A stretch of DNA of 64,000 nt, from NCBI RefSeq assembly GCF_036321535.1, contig NC_087436.1, positions 7,502,001 through 7,566,000 on the forward strand. The letters are read 5' to 3'. This stretch comes from Camelus dromedarius. Lineage: Eukaryota. The translations under genes and the position numbers were made by a program. Of this stretch, positions 10,661 to 24,607 are shown piece by piece. The first letter of the stretch is position 1. Every line of letters starts with the position of its first letter. Under the pieces are notes generated by a model. The model was not told where the DNA came from, did not search any database, and worked only from the letters and a program-made list of their open reading frames with translations.

Positions 10661-13600
10661 AATGAAATTTCATTGTTGGATTATTATGAATGCAGTTTCA
10701 GAATGATTAAAAGTTGATACATACAGACACACACATACTCAGACACACACACAAAGGCTCACCAGCTAAATTAGTAAAGTACCCACCCCTTTGGCTCAGT
10801 CCCAGGAACACCTTTTGACATTTCAGAGTTTCTCAATTAGATATCAAATCCTAATTGAAGTAGTGGCCTTGAGTTTTCATACTTTTGTCATTGCATCTGT
10901 GTGATCCTGAAAAAGTGTCCGGAGAGGCAGTGTCTCTGCCCGCCTTTACAAACACGTCTCTGTGAGAGTTGCATGGATGAAGCTGTATTATCAATCTTGT
11001 TTGAGTTACACTTCCTTTTAAGCTCTAGAAACCCAGGTTGTAAGGCCCCACAGGCATTTTCTCTTTGTGGACTGAATTTTTTTTCACTATTTGGAATGAG
11101 TGTCATATGTCTTCAACCAATTTGAATCCAGTCTAGCCTGCGTTAGATCAGACGGTATTTTTCATTAGTCTCTGCTCTCTGTTAATACGTTTCATCTCCA
11201 GGTAGCTGAACACATGTTCAGCCCCTTCGTCTCCTTGGGTGTTGCTCTAAAGGTGCTTCCATGTTTGTTAATTAAAAACCTACTATTTATTCAAAACATC
11301 GAAATTAAAGCTTTCAAAGAAAAAAAATCTAAAGTCTAAAAGCACAATCTGTCAAAGCGGAATGAAACAAAATGTAAATCTTTTAGGTTTCAAGGTGCTC
11401 AGATTTTAGGATATAAGAAATAATAAGAGCAGTAAGTAGATGTGAAATCTCTAGACATTTCCTAAAACGAACATGTTAAGATGCTGTATAGCACAGAATC
11501 TAGGGGAACCGAAAGGAGGTGGAATCACAGGGAATCCTGCTGTCCTGGGGACTATTTGTCTAGTGGTTTTACTATTATTCTTCTCACATTTACTTAATTC
11601 TTATGTACAAGTCACACAATTTAGCACATGTTTTTTTATTTTCTGCTTCTCCTCCATTATAAGCTCCTGCAGGGCAGGGGTTGTGTCTAAAACTTTAATT
11701 TTTCTCCCTCAGCGTGGCCTTGCACCAAGATCAGCCCTTAAAAGATGCTTAAAATTCTTGGTGAATTGATTTTTTTTCCCCCAAACTGACTGATAGTTTT
11801 TTCCCCCCTCTCAATAAATTAATTGAACTCCTTTTAGCAGGAACCATGCATATGACTCTGATCCAAGAAGGGAAAGCTTGAGGGGTCTAGGGCGAGCCAT
11901 TCATCATGGCAGAGTTCAACACTGGCTGCTTGTAGGGGGCTAAGAATGTCCGATACAGGACATACTAAGGGGGTGACAAGCAGACCAGATGATAAATGGG
12001 GTCATTTTCCTCTCACATGGGAAACTTGGATTAAGAACACATCACCCAGAGCCTTTTATTGCCTTATCCATCCCAGGAAATTGTTCAAAACCATATCAGG
12101 TGAGGAATTGATGGTTACATATTTGGTGCCCTAATGAACGCCTTGTGATTTGTTGCTTTCTGAGTAGCTTCATTAAGCATTGGCTTTCTATGTCAGGCTG
12201 TTCTCTAAGTGTCTCCCAGCCCAAGCTGACATTCCCAAACAGACCTTAAACCATGGAAAGCTCAGAAATACTGCTATCAAGAGACATGACTGGGGGATGA
12301 ACACCATGATCAATATTTGTATAGGATTTCTATACTGTTGGCAAACTGTCAATTTTACTTTATGGTTAACTACCATGAAATGCTGTAGGAAGCAAGCTTC
12401 ATCTTCTCCTCCATTGGAAGGTTAAGCCTATAGGACCACGCTTTAAAATCCCCCAAGCCCTCTCTTTCTCTTACTGTTTGAACATTTATATATAAGTTTC
12501 TAAGGTAAATTAAACATCAATACACTCAAAGGCTGAGAATCTATTTTATAGGAATATTCATAAATGTGAAGGTGAAACAAAAATTTAAACATTTTTTGGC
12601 AGGGGGACTATTTATACCGTTTTGTTTTGTTCAGGCAGAATCAGTCTCAGTGTGTTACAGTTTTAATGCTTGGGATGTAAGAATGAAATGTCTTTCAGAA
12701 AAGGGAAGCAACTGCTCATCTCAGTTTATCCCAAGTCTATTCACTCTTAAAAATATAGTTATCATATCTTTCATTTCTCTTTCTTTTTTTTTTAATTAAA
12801 GTAATTCTTATTTTTAAATTTATTTTTACTCGGTAACACTTTTCAGATATAGTTTAACCTAAATCTAATATCTGTAGATTAATTTTAGAATTAAGGAATC
12901 ATTTTGGATTCCGTCCTCCAGAAAGATGATGAAGTTACTAAATGCAAGAGGGCAGTACCTAGATTTTATTTTAGCAAAAATAATTCAGCTTTTAAAATAA
13001 GGAAGAGGTATCTTGAGGCAAGAATTTAAGACTACTGGTTTATCTTCCATTTGTTGATACTCCATTCATTCATTCACAATTTTTTTGACACAGCTTTTGG
13101 AAATACAGAATAAATAAAGGCCACATCTCTGCCCTTGGGTAACACACAACACTAAATACAAGTTCTGGCAGGTTTAAGTTCAAAGGTCAACAAGACTGAC
13201 AATGCCACAAGACAAAAGAGCAGTTTACAGAAAAACTGATGACCAAGAAAGAGGGAAACTGAACAAGTTAAGACAGATATTGTTCAGTTTTTTAAAAAAA
13301 AATTATAATTGTTAAAAGTAAAACTTTGATGAGTTTGAGCCAAGTAAGAAGCAAAGAAAACCTTGGCATTTGGAGGAAGGGTATATATTTATAAGCTCCG
13401 AATCGGGCCACCGAAGTAAGACATCTCTGGATGCTCAGAGTAACTGACTAATTCTGGAAAGTGAAGTTACCGTTAGAGAAAAGTAATGTAAGAATGTAAG
13501 TAAATTACTGAAACAATTCTCCTCCCCCTTTAGTTTTTTCTTGAATCAATTTTATGTGGTTGTTAAGTGTCTGGGTTGACGCCGTGCAAAGTGTACTGAA

Positions 13601-13802
13601 CTCAGCGTGTAGTGTGTGTGTATAAACACACATTATACCGTCCGTCCGTGTATACATCTGTGTATACATCTAGCATCTATATATTTTTTCACCAACTGAA
13701 CAGTAAATCTGTTTATATCTATAATAATAATTCACAATTCTTGTCTGCAGCCGTTTCATATTTAGATGGCCATTCTCTTTAAAATGGTTGTTGTGAACAT
13801 AG

Positions 13803-14331
13803 TGTGGGGAGAAGGAAATGTCCCCTGTTACCCTCTCGAGTTCTTGTGGCTGAAATAAGAATACAGTTGACACAAAAGAGATTCATGGGAGGAAACAGAA
13901 CAAATTTTAATTCATGCTCACGGGGGTCTCGTAGAAATGGGACCTAAGAAGTGGCCAAAGCAGGCAGCTTTTATACTTTTTAGACGCAGAAACAAGATAT
14001 TTGTGAGGAATTGGCAGGACCAAGAAAGTTAGGTTTTCTATGGTAAAGGATCTAAACAGAGTTTGGGCATGGGGTAGTAAATTTAAAAAGAAATATATTA
14101 TTTTTTTAGGCTTCTCCACCTAAATTCACTACCTCTGGTGCTGAGAGTATCTTGCTCCCTCCAGATGCAGAGAATGCACCTTTCACAGGGAGATTTGCTT
14201 CCTGCTTTCGAGAAGGCACAAAGGAGGACAGATTGTCCCTCTTCTACTGGCCATTTCTTATGTAATGTTAATTCAAAATCATCAGTATGATTTGGGGGCA
14301 TATCTGGGGCTGCCTGCCCTGAGCCCCAACG
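13803..14331 (-). mobile_element. ERV1 solo LTR (MER34/MER39-like)
   Basis: Perfect 4-bp TSD atag (13799-13802, 14332-14335); TG...C(A>G) termini. Confidence 0.75.
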
Positions 14332-14897
14332 ATAGCAAAAATAAAGAATTATGCGACTCTTTGTAAAACTCAAGCTGCAAATCAGATTTTGCTAAATATT
14401 CAGAAAAGAATGGCATACAATTATTTTTTACTCAGATATGTGGATAAATGGCATAATCAGTGAACATCTTTATGCTAATTCCAGGTCATTTATATGTTGC
14501 AACTCTCGTTAAAACTCTAGACCATAGAGTATTTAGCTTGTGGTCAAAATAACTAGAAATCTTTAGACTAACTTCTACCTAATTATACATTTTTCTCTCA
14601 ACTTGTTGGTCTCCTTACATTCCCCACTTTATCTAGAGTCCCAGTGCCCTACGTGCTAAGCTGAGATTTTGCTACTGACAATTATTTATTCACTCTTTTT
14701 TATCTTCCATATCCAATTATTCAACAATTCTTACTGAGTTTGTTCCTCAGTTGTTTACCTAAATACTTCTCTATACCCTTGCATCCCAGTCATCGTTCAG
14801 AATCAAATTTGTTTGGATCATTGCAAAGTTCTTCTTTTGCCTGTTTTTCTCCATGTCATCTTATGTTCCATCATTCCAATTAAGAAAGACAAAATCA

Positions 14898-14992
14898 TAT
14901 GTGGTACACAAGAAATCAAGATGGCATTGTAAACTGACTATAGTACAATTAAAAAAAAACTAGACAATTAAATATTATAATATAGTTAAAAA
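14898..14992 (+). mobile_element. very short L1 3' end with probable 3' transduction
   Basis: 13-bp TSD aaagacaaaatca (14885-14897, 14993-15005) enclosing an L1 tail, an A run, 28 unique nt and a second A run. Confidence 0.75.
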
Positions 14993-16761
14993 AAAGACAA
15001 AATCAAACAGCCCATGATATGTCCCATCTTGAAAACCTTTGATCTCCTAGTACCTACAGAATATAAGTTCAATTTCTTAGCCAACCATATTGAAGAGTCA
15101 CATTACTGACCAGAAAACCTACGTGTGATTTTTCCATCCCAATCTGGCAGGCTCAGAGGGGAAGCTGCCCTCCCCACACCAGACTTAGTGCTCAACCAGT
15201 GCACCAAGGACTCAGGGCCCCCACTGGCCACGCTCTTCTTCCTTGTGCCTTCTTCTCCCGAGACCTCTCCTTTTTGGAGAAACTTGAAGATGCTTTACTC
15301 TTACTCAGTAACCAGTACTTTTCCATACTTGCCTTTCCCCTGCCCCCTTCCCTCCTGCCTCTGGGTCCACAAAACTGCAGGAATCTTTTGTTGACTCCTC
15401 AACAGAGAGACAGTCCCTACTTCTGTGCTGATCCACTTGACCCTTGACTGATGTGTTATCTCCTGGGGGAAAATGGAACAGCGCTTTCTCTGGTTATATC
15501 GCAACACGTGATTAAAGGCTTCAGGGATACTTTGATTTTGGCTCATTGTCTTTCATCGGCTACTCTCACACCTGCAGCTCAGCTCTCTCCAGATCACCTA
15601 GATCTTCTGATGAGTTGGTTTTATGAGCCGATTAAGCATAAAGGCCATTCTGGAAGAGCCCAAAATCTGACTTTCCCAGTGGGCACCTTTGTGAGGCGCT
15701 GGAGGAGTCCATGGGGGGGATTCTGGAGGGTTGCTTGTGGTGTGTTTGCAAGAGTTTGAGGGCTCCATGGGCATTTTGCCGGCGGGTCTTGGGAAGTGCT
15801 GGCAGGAGCTGTGGGGCATCCTTGGACGACTCTAGAGAAATTATATGTGTTTTTGGTGCTGAGGGGAATCTTTGGTCTTCTCTTTAGCCCCTGATGGTGG
15901 CTAAACCTGCCCAATGAGGTCAGTTTAGGTATACAACAGAGGGGCTCAGAAAGAGCTAAGGAGGGAGTTCCCTATTTACTGCTTGGGGCCCTCCTCCAGT
16001 GGGGCCAGAGGTGGTCAGGGTCCTCCCATGAGCCGAGTAACTCTAAGCACATCCCTGGCACTGATACACACTTAAGACCTTGAGGACTTAATCAGATCCC
16101 TTCTGGAGGTAATTTGCGTAAGTGAGTAAGGAGGAAATCATGGCATGGGACATGGTCCTACGAATCCTCTCCCTTCAGAGCCCCCGGACAGCAGCTGCTG
16201 CCAAAGTAACCAGATGCAAGCAGTGGGGGCACCGCTCTCTCTTTTTTTAAAGTTACAATAGCTGTACTTTTGTAAAACTGGAACAAATTAGACCATTTTT
16301 TTTTCTTGATGAGTTGCCCCTGTAAATGGTTATTTCAAAATGCACATTCCTGTTTTTCTATCTTGATATTCTCTATCCAGATTCAGTGAAATTGTTTCAG
16401 TATTACTCAAGCAATTACAGTATCTAGATTTCTTATTTCAAGGTGTGCCTTTTGGTGTAGTTTAAACGCTAGCCCTTTCAAAATGTTGTTCATTTATAAA
16501 AGTAAATGATTCTGTTCATTTCAGGGAAAATGTAGTTCCCAAAGCAGTTTGTAGAATCATTGCCACTCCAGCCTGCAGCTACTGGGCTCTGGTTTGGAAG
16601 AAAAAGAGGAGCTTTCAGAGAAAGAACCCCTGGGTTGTCATTCAGCCTTCCTCTCTAAACAGCACTGAGATCTTGAATCAGTCATTTAATTTATCTGTTC
16701 TCAATGTTATCATCTATTAAATGGATTTCCTGTCATTACAAGACAAAATGAAGAAAAAAAT

Positions 16762-16955
16762 GTGTTATATAAGATAGATAAACTACAAGGTCCTACTGTA
16801 GAGAACAGGGAACTATATTCAGTAACTTGTAATAGCCTATATTGAAAAAGAATATGAAAAGGAATATATATATGTGTATGTAACAATCACTATGTACACT
16901 TGAAATTCACAGATTGTAAATTGACTATACTTCAATAAAAAATAAAAGTGAAAAT
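16762..16955 (+). mobile_element. L1 3' UTR fragment
   Basis: agataaactacaaggtcctactgta...cagggaactatattca...gactatacttcaataaaaaa; similar to 31170-31350. Confidence 0.8.
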
Positions 16956-17004
16956 AAATCAATACTGTATGAAATTAGTTGTTATCTTTTTCTTTCTCAC
17001 GGAG

Positions 17005-17215
17005 ACAGTGCAGTGTCCTGTGTAAATGCTTTGGGGCCACCCTGCCTGAGTTTGTCATTTATGAGCCACTACCTCGGGGAGTTACTTAAACGCCCTGTGT
17101 CTGTGTTCTCTCCTCTATAAAATATGGGTAACAATAGTGGCTGTCTCATAGGGTTGTCATGAGGACTGTGTGAGTCATTACAGGCAAAGCAGTCAGAGCA
17201 GGACTAGCATGTGGT
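17005..17215 (+). mobile_element. MIR SINE
   Basis: MIR core and tail: gttacttaa...ctataaaatatggg...ctcatagggttgtcatgagg. Confidence 0.65.
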
Positions 17216-17799
17216 AATTCCTCTTCCTCCCTTCTGACTACCTGCCTATTATCTATTGCTATAATGACATAGATTTACTAAGAAGCAACCAGTTCACAGG
17301 TTTTATATTATAGCTGGAAATAACTTTGGAAGAGAGAGGGGAAAAAAAAAAAAAAAGAAAGAAAAGAAAAGAAAAGAAAAGAACTTCCAGGGGAGAGAAC
17401 TCAAGCCTTGCATACTTTTCTTCCCCTTGTCAGAAATAAAGTGTCTGCCGAGGATTAAGTACATGATGTGGGTTCTTAAAGAGGCAGCTTTGGTACTGTA
17501 ATGAACAACCACAGAATCAATATACCTGGAGAAGGTAATCCCAACCTCTGCTTTACCGACTTCTGATACTCTGAGCTCTTCTCCCGGATCACAAATATTG
17601 CCTCTACTTTTTTTTTTCCCCTTTAAGTCAATAGAAATTTCAAAGCTCTTTTAGAGCTCTAGATTGAGGCTGTGAATGTTTCAGAAATGTAAAAGGTAAT
17701 TATAGTATCGTGGTCATTATGGATTCAAGTTTTAACAGTAGCCTTGAAGATTTTTGAATATAAATATATAGGTTCTTTCTCTAAATGAAGTGACTAACT

Positions 17800-18060
17800 A
17801 TAATAATAGCAACAAATATAATTCAAACTGTGTATCAGGCACTATACTAAAGGATTTGTAAGTGTCATTTAAATAAATGAACAGCAGCATCCTTTTTGGT
17901 ATTGTTAACTGCACTTTTCAAGTGGGGAAATTGTAATTCGAGACTTCAGTCAAATATCCAAGAATACAAAGATGCAAAGTCAGTAAGTGATGGAAGCAGG
18001 ATTCAAAACGCCATTAGTCTGGCTTAAAAGACCATGTTCTCAAAAAGTATCCTATAGCCA
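17800..18060 (-). mobile_element. MIR SINE remnant
   Basis: Reverse MIR features: caggcactatactaa...ggaaatt...gcaggattcaaa. Confidence 0.5.
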
Positions 18061-19466
18061 CTCATCTCCCAAGCAAGGATAATGGGCCTCACTCCATTGA
18101 CTCCTTCAGTCTTAACAGACAGATCTAAATGGGAAGTGGTCATAGCAACTGACTCTCTTTGTACCAGATGAATATAATGATCCTTACTCATGAAATAGGT
18201 GCACTGAGAAATGGCTTCCCAGTAATTGTGACGTTTAAAGTTTCTCGTGTACTTTGAGTGACTGGAACCATAGGATTGAACAGGCTCAGGGGTGACTGGC
18301 CTGATTTTCTAAATAAACTATCCTGGGAGAACAGGTTACCAGGAGCTAGGTGACCTGTTCAGAAGCAAGTAGCATTGTTCTTGTCAAAGCGATCATTGAT
18401 TTTCTCTCAGGTTTCTGTACGGAGTTGCAGGATAAATTTCTATTTGTTATAAAATGAAAAAAAAAGAAGTATTCTCAGGTGGACTTCTGTGTTTTAGAAA
18501 TACAATCTTAGAAGGGAAAAGAAGTCTAATGGAATAATCAGAGTTTTCTTAAAATTCTTTTTGAGGTTTCTCAAGAAAAAATGGCTTTGAAGGAAGGAAC
18601 TGACCAATGCCAAATTCTTTTTCAGTTGTCTGAAGAAAAAGGATTTGTAAAAGCAGTTGAATTACAAGAAAGCCATCTTTTTAGTTATACTTATGACTAT
18701 GTCACAATATAATTTGTCACATACTTGCATTTATTCCTATATTGATGAAAGTGTTTCCAATTTGATGGTCCAGATGAATCATTAGATCTTTGAAATCAAA
18801 GAGGAATACAATTTGTGTTATTCAATAAGAACGTGCTACCCACAGCCAAAGGAGTAAAATACCATGATGTGAATCATTAAACAGAAAAGTAGTTTGCAAT
18901 TAAATCTTTGTTTTTCCATTCTTGTCCCTTTCAGTGACCTAAAATATTTGTTAAATAATAAACATCTTCTTATATGCATTCAAAGTGTGCATATAAGGAT
19001 TCTCATCAAGTCTAAATGGGTTTTATTTGGAATGCTTTAAGAATATAATTCATGGAAATCTTAAACATGATGTGTGTTCATGTGCAGAAGTCATAGGCCA
19101 GGGTAATTTTTGGAAAAGCTGTCTATATCATTTCCCAATGGCGGGGAATTTACACTGTCTGTTGCCACGCTGCTTGAGCATCGTCATCATCATCGGGTCA
19201 AAGATGCCTTTTTAAAAAGAGCCAAAAGGCTCATTTGCAGGACATAATAGAAAGTAACAGCTGGGAAGACACTGTTAATGTCCACCGAGTAATTAAAATG
19301 AGTTCTCGAGATAAGCACACAAACCGAAATACGTATTTATTTGAGAAATCACAGCGGCTCTCCAAGAGCTCCCAGGGGCTGTCAGGTAAAAAGCATCATA
19401 AGTAGAAATGAGGACGTACAGCGTGTGATGGGCACTGAAAACGCTGGTTTCTTTTTCGGTGTCTGA

Positions 19467-19483
19467 TGCGCTCCCTTGTGGCT
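19467..19483 (-). promoter_or_regulatory. CTCF-like motif
   Basis: Minus-strand agCCACAAGGGAGCGCa, close to the CTCF core consensus, in a locally CpG-richer non-repeat segment. Confidence 0.4.
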
Positions 19484-20396
19484 CTCCTGGTGTTAGCCAT
19501 ACTTTGCTTCCTCTGCCTGTGCGTTAACAAGTCCTCCCATCTTTTCACGTTACTGTGACTTCCAGCATTTTGGGCATGTTACACTTTAACCCACCCAGGA
19601 GAAGGAAAGAACAGAGTCAGGTAGGGAAGCACAGAACGATCAGGTCAAAAAGCAGAATGGAGCATCCATAAGGCTGCAAAAAGCATTGGCGGAAATGAAA
19701 ACTTTCCCATTGCAAGAGAAAAAAATAAACTTTATGAACTACTGAATATTCCTAGCATTCCCCAAACTCATACCAGCAGGGATCTTTAAGAGATTCTATT
19801 TGATGTTTTTAGTAATTTGATTGAAGAATTGGGGCCCTTCTTAGTCCTTGTGCTGACTGTAAACCCCTCTGCTCCATCCTACCCAAAGAGATACTGGCCT
19901 AAATAAGAACATGATAATATTTTGCTGTAACAAGGTATTAATATCTTCCTTCTCTCCATTGACTTTTTCCTTACTATAGTTGCAACTTTTACCCAATGAT
20001 GAAGATATGCTTTTAATATTTTGGCTTTGATTTGCTAAGAAAGCTCTGGCCCCATTTCTCTATTTCCTCATTCTAGAAGACAGTGAATCACTAGTTTGAA
20101 CTTAACAAATTTAAAACTGGAGTTATTGTTCCCCATACAAAGATTCTGATTTGAGCGTCATTCCTATTTATGTTAATGATGGAATGATATTAATCATGGC
20201 CTCAAAATTTTTGAAGTTAACTTTGAAGTCCTTTTCCTTCACATTTCATATTCAACCTATCACTAATAGTTTCCCCCAAGTATTTAATGCAGCTAGACCT
20301 GTATTTTGATGCCACACCCACAATAAATTAGGCTTTTATTACTTCCAATATTTACTCTTGCTTGTGGCATTTGCCTCTGAAATTTCATTTCTGCTT

Positions 20397-20429
<33 letters not shown>

Positions 20430-21210
20430 AAAACAACTATAAGAGCCTTCCTAAACTGTGTCCCTTCTCTATTGATAAATTTAAAATAAATGAAAACAAA
20501 ATACAAAAGATTCTCATCTTTAAATTTAACAATTTATGTTTATTTAAATTTGATTGATGTGTAGAGTTTGAAATACTCACTATGATTTTTGGCCTCTGAT
20601 TTTTTTTGAAAAAGTAAATGATTATTATTATTATTATTTCTGCCACTAACAAAATAGAGTGCACATGTTATTTTAGTGTTCCACGGTTAGATCTAATGTA
20701 TGCAAGAAAATTGCTTTGAAACCGTTTTTTCCAAATATAAGAAACTCAAAATTGTAACAGAATATGGAGTAGAAGAAAAGGTTCTTAGAGGAGAGAAATT
20801 TTTCTTTAAGATCAGTAAGCAAAGTGTATGTTGAGAGAAAATTATCTATAGGAGTGGGAAATGTGGGCTGCATTAGGCACTAGCAAGGATGTTCAAGTAC
20901 AAGATGTCCTCCTTATTTTTGATCTGATTTTTGAGACAGGACATGCACATCGAAGGCAGTCAAGTAAAATGTTGGATAATAAATAATTAAAGACCACATA
21001 AGTGGAAGCACTTGTTCATGCATGTGTTGGATGAATGATGTGTTGGATGAATCAAAAGTCTGTACAATGTCCAACAGAGAGATGTGTGTCGAAGTCGAAT
21101 GAATCCAATGTAATTCTAGAGCATTATAAGGATGAGGTTGAAAAAGTAGAATTATCTTTACATATATTCTTTTAATGCAGATGTCAAATCATCACTTAGT
21201 GTGATGTATG

Positions 21211-21395
21211 ATTTTTTTATTAAAGTATAGTCGATTTACAATGTTGTGTTAAATTTCTGAGTATACAGTGTAGTGATTCATTAAAAAATATAAATATATT
21301 TATTTTTAGGCTATTACAAGGTATTGAATATAGTTCCCTGTGCTGTACAGTTGGACCTTGTTGTTCATCTATTTTATGTATAGTAGTTACATATA
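21211..21395 (-). mobile_element. L1 3' UTR fragment
   Basis: ttttattaaagtatagtcgatttacaatgttgtg...ttccctgtgctgtacag. Confidence 0.8.
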
Positions 21396-22079
21396 TTGGG
21401 GGACAGGTGGGGGTGGAGGATTGAATATTGAATTAAATTTAAATTTTTTTCTCTCCTCTTCCTTCTTGTCTTCTTCCTTCTCTCTCTCCTTCTTCTCTTT
21501 CTTCTTAGTTTAGCAATCTTAAGCAGCTCTGATATAGAAGCCCAAAAGGGAGATCCATCTAGGGTCAGGGGGTTACATGGTGAGTGTTACACCAGGCAAG
21601 GGAATTGAGGTGTTGACCAAAACGTTAGTTTAAGTGGGAAGAAAGTGAAGACACACAGAGTTTGTAGATTAGGAGAAAATGACAAGTTAAAGAAACCATG
21701 AAGAACAAGACATGAGAGGGGATGAAGACTAAAAAAATTGGAATAATAGGGATTATAATTAGAGAGAAAGGTATAAGTAAGATTTCAGAGGTGGAGTGAT
21801 TCTGAGTGCTAGCAGATTGGCATGACAGCTATGAGAGAAAGGAAGTGAGTGCCAGTTTCGGGCATTCAAGGACCCTGAGAAACTGGCATTGCTCATGATA
21901 TTTACATGGGTTGTGAACCATGTGCTAACATTCTTCATGAGATTTGGAAGATGACCAATTGGAAGAGACTATGGAAGGTGGAGGACAAGAAAAGACTTTT
22001 AAGTAAAAGGGGTTGTAGCAGTGATCTGCAGGTAGGAGTTAAGATCACAATGTAGACAGGGCAGGAGAGGATGTCTTAT

Positions 22080-22568
22080 TGTTACTGAGTGCAAGCTTGC
22101 TCTGCTCACTGCAGGACAGGCCAATAAATTGGGAGATGAGGTGTTGGGGCAAAGAACAGTGGCTTTATTCGGAAAGCCAGCAGACCGAGAAGATGGGGGA
22201 CTAATGTCCTAGAGAACCATCTTCCCCAAGTCAGAATTCAGGCTCCTTTTATACTAAAAGGGGAGGAGCTGTATGGCTGGTTGTGGCAAACTTCTTGCTG
22301 TTGGAATCCTTTGTTCTTGGAGCTGTCCATGTGAGCCAGGTCATGGTGTTCCTGTTCTGCAACTTTTTATCTTTATATGAATGGAAAAATGTTACACCCT
22401 TAAAGGTCAGAGCCTTGAGGATGGGCTCTCCTGTCTATTTCAGGCTCTAGGCAACATCCTTTTACAAAAGGTGTAGAACCAGCATGACTCAGCCCAGGAA
22501 ACAGAGCGCAGGGTTAGAGCCAAAGGAACAGCTCTGATATGGAGTCAGATCTGTTCTTCTCTATTGCA
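22080..22568 (-). mobile_element. ERV1-type solo LTR
   Basis: TG..CA termini; minus-strand AATAAA near 22165 and TATA-like box near 22250; TSD poorly matched. Confidence 0.65.
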
Positions 22569-22989
22569 CTGTCACTGGGGGAGGGCCAGATTTCAGCTGC
22601 AGCAAGGAGGTTGAAAGAGAATTGTGATGAAAGGTAGATGACATTGCAAAAGAATGTGTAAACCAGAGAGACTGTCTGCAGAGATTGCATTAGAGTAGAA
22701 TTTGAGAGAGGGAATAACAAGAGATTTTCCCTTTCAGCTTTCTGGCTTCAAGTTTCCCAGCGGAACTCTGATGACAGATGTGTCAGTTTGAGAGCAGATC
22801 CTGGTCAGAAGCCTGTGAGGGTTCCAATCCAGATCAGGAACTCTGCTCAATGCTGGTGTTACTGACATCATGAAAGGAACGCAATTGCGTTTGACAGTCT
22901 TCTCTGAAGAACCTGATTTCTGTTTTAGTATTATCACTTGTCAGTTTAATTGTGTGCTCGTTCTGCCTTGGGTCACCGGGCCCTGTAGC

Positions 22990-23445
22990 AGCTGCTGTTT
23001 GGTCCATAAGTACCCAGCTCCTTCTGTTTCAGGACCGCCCATCCAAATTCCAAATGACAGCACTTGTATTCTCTTTGAGCAAGTTCTCTGTGGTCAGAGG
23101 CTGCTTTACCCTCTCACGTGACTTTCTACGCCAAAATAGCTGGAAAGTGACTTCCCCACTCCTCTTCTCTGAGAACAGACCTTCAACCAGTGACTGATGA
23201 ACATGGTTGTGTGAGCATCCTGGTTTCCCGGGTGCTCGGTGGGGATAAATCCGAGGCACATTTCTACACTGACTCCCGGAGCTCCCTTGCAGGATTGCAT
23301 CTCGGATACCCACAGCAGAAACCTGCCTTATTGGCTTCCTTTCTTCCCCAGCCTCACTTCTTCATTGGCATTTCTGCGATCACCTCCCAAATAAAACATG
23401 CTCCATGTGCCCTCGGATGCTCATCACAAGTAAAGCAAACTAAGA
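22990..23445 (+). mobile_element. old ERVL-type (LTR16-like) LTR
   Basis: cacctcccaaataaaac...aaactaaga 3' end typical of LTR16-like elements; 5' boundary uncertain. Confidence 0.4.
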
Positions 23446-24446
23446 GAGGCCCTGGATAAGAGAGGCCACTACCCACACATTCCAAATGGAAGTTTGCTAA
23501 GTCACTTGAGAACAGCTTGCAAAGGAAATGGCTAAGAATAGTTTGTGGTCCTTAGTTACCAGACCATAAAATGGACTAGGGGACCAAGAGTGGACTTGGC
23601 CAAGAAGAATTTCTTTGGAGAGAGTTGTGGCTGTGTTGAGTCAAACCTCATCACGGTGCAGGGATAGGTTTGTGCTCCCCACTGGCTCAAGTCTGGAGAT
23701 CAGGAGCTTTGGATGTTTCCAATGGAGTCTGTTGGGTACAGAAGCTAAATGGTGGTTTGTTAGCTGCTCTGCTGGATGAGTGAGATGTGTCTGCTTTGAG
23801 AATGGACTGTCCTCACTCCCAAATTTCTGGAGGCAAAGGCTAGTGATTCTCCTTGGCTCAGAGATCTCTTGGAAGAGAAAGCTGGCCTGGCACTATGATA
23901 AGAAATTTGGCTGAAAAGAGAATGGTGAATACAGCAAATTCAAGAAGGCTGCAGGTCACATAGTAGGAGAGGACAAAGGGGGAGTCATAAATTGATGGTG
24001 AGAGAAAAGATTTCCTTACTTTAGGGGAATTGCAGGTGACAGATGCCCGAAGATGCAGAGGGGTGGGGAGGAGGAGGGAAAGTTAGGGGGAAGGAATGCA
24101 AAGTTTCCAAGTTAACCGGAGATCAAGAATCACATTTAAAAATGTGATTCTTTAATCACATTTAAAAATAGTAGAAAGTACTGTGAGGTTAGGTCAATGG
24201 CACTGATGAGGAGAGGACTTTTCTGAACTTCATTCCCCACCTAATTCCCACTAAAACCCTGGAAGGGCCCAAGACAGAGAGTCTCCCCAACTCTCCCCTT
24301 CCAATGGATTCACAGGTCTAGGACAAATAAAGAGAAGCTTTTCAGATATTTAGACAGATGCTGGATATTTGTATTAGAGAACAACAACTATTTTGTGCCT
24401 AAGAGTAATTAAAGGGTTTTTTTTTTTTTGTCAAAGAGAGACTAGA

Positions 24447-24501
24447 TATTAACTGATATACATAAAATAGATAAACAACAAATTCAAAAAAAAAAAAAAA
24501 G
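24447..24501 (+). mobile_element. 39-nt L1 3'UTR piece with poly(A)
   Basis: Perfect 14-bp TSD aaagagagactaga (24433-24446, 24502-24515). Confidence 0.75.
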
Positions 24502-24607
24502 AAAGAGAGACTAGAAATCATGGGATGAACCCCATTTTCAACCAGAGACAGTCTTCTCCGCAGAGACACTGTGTAGAAAGAATTTGTTTGTTTGTTTTTC
24601 CTGATTT

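Noticed and set aside
12078..12421. Possible exons (AG...GT-bounded segments)
   Set aside because: No recognisable product, stops in two frames and no supporting neighbouring exons.
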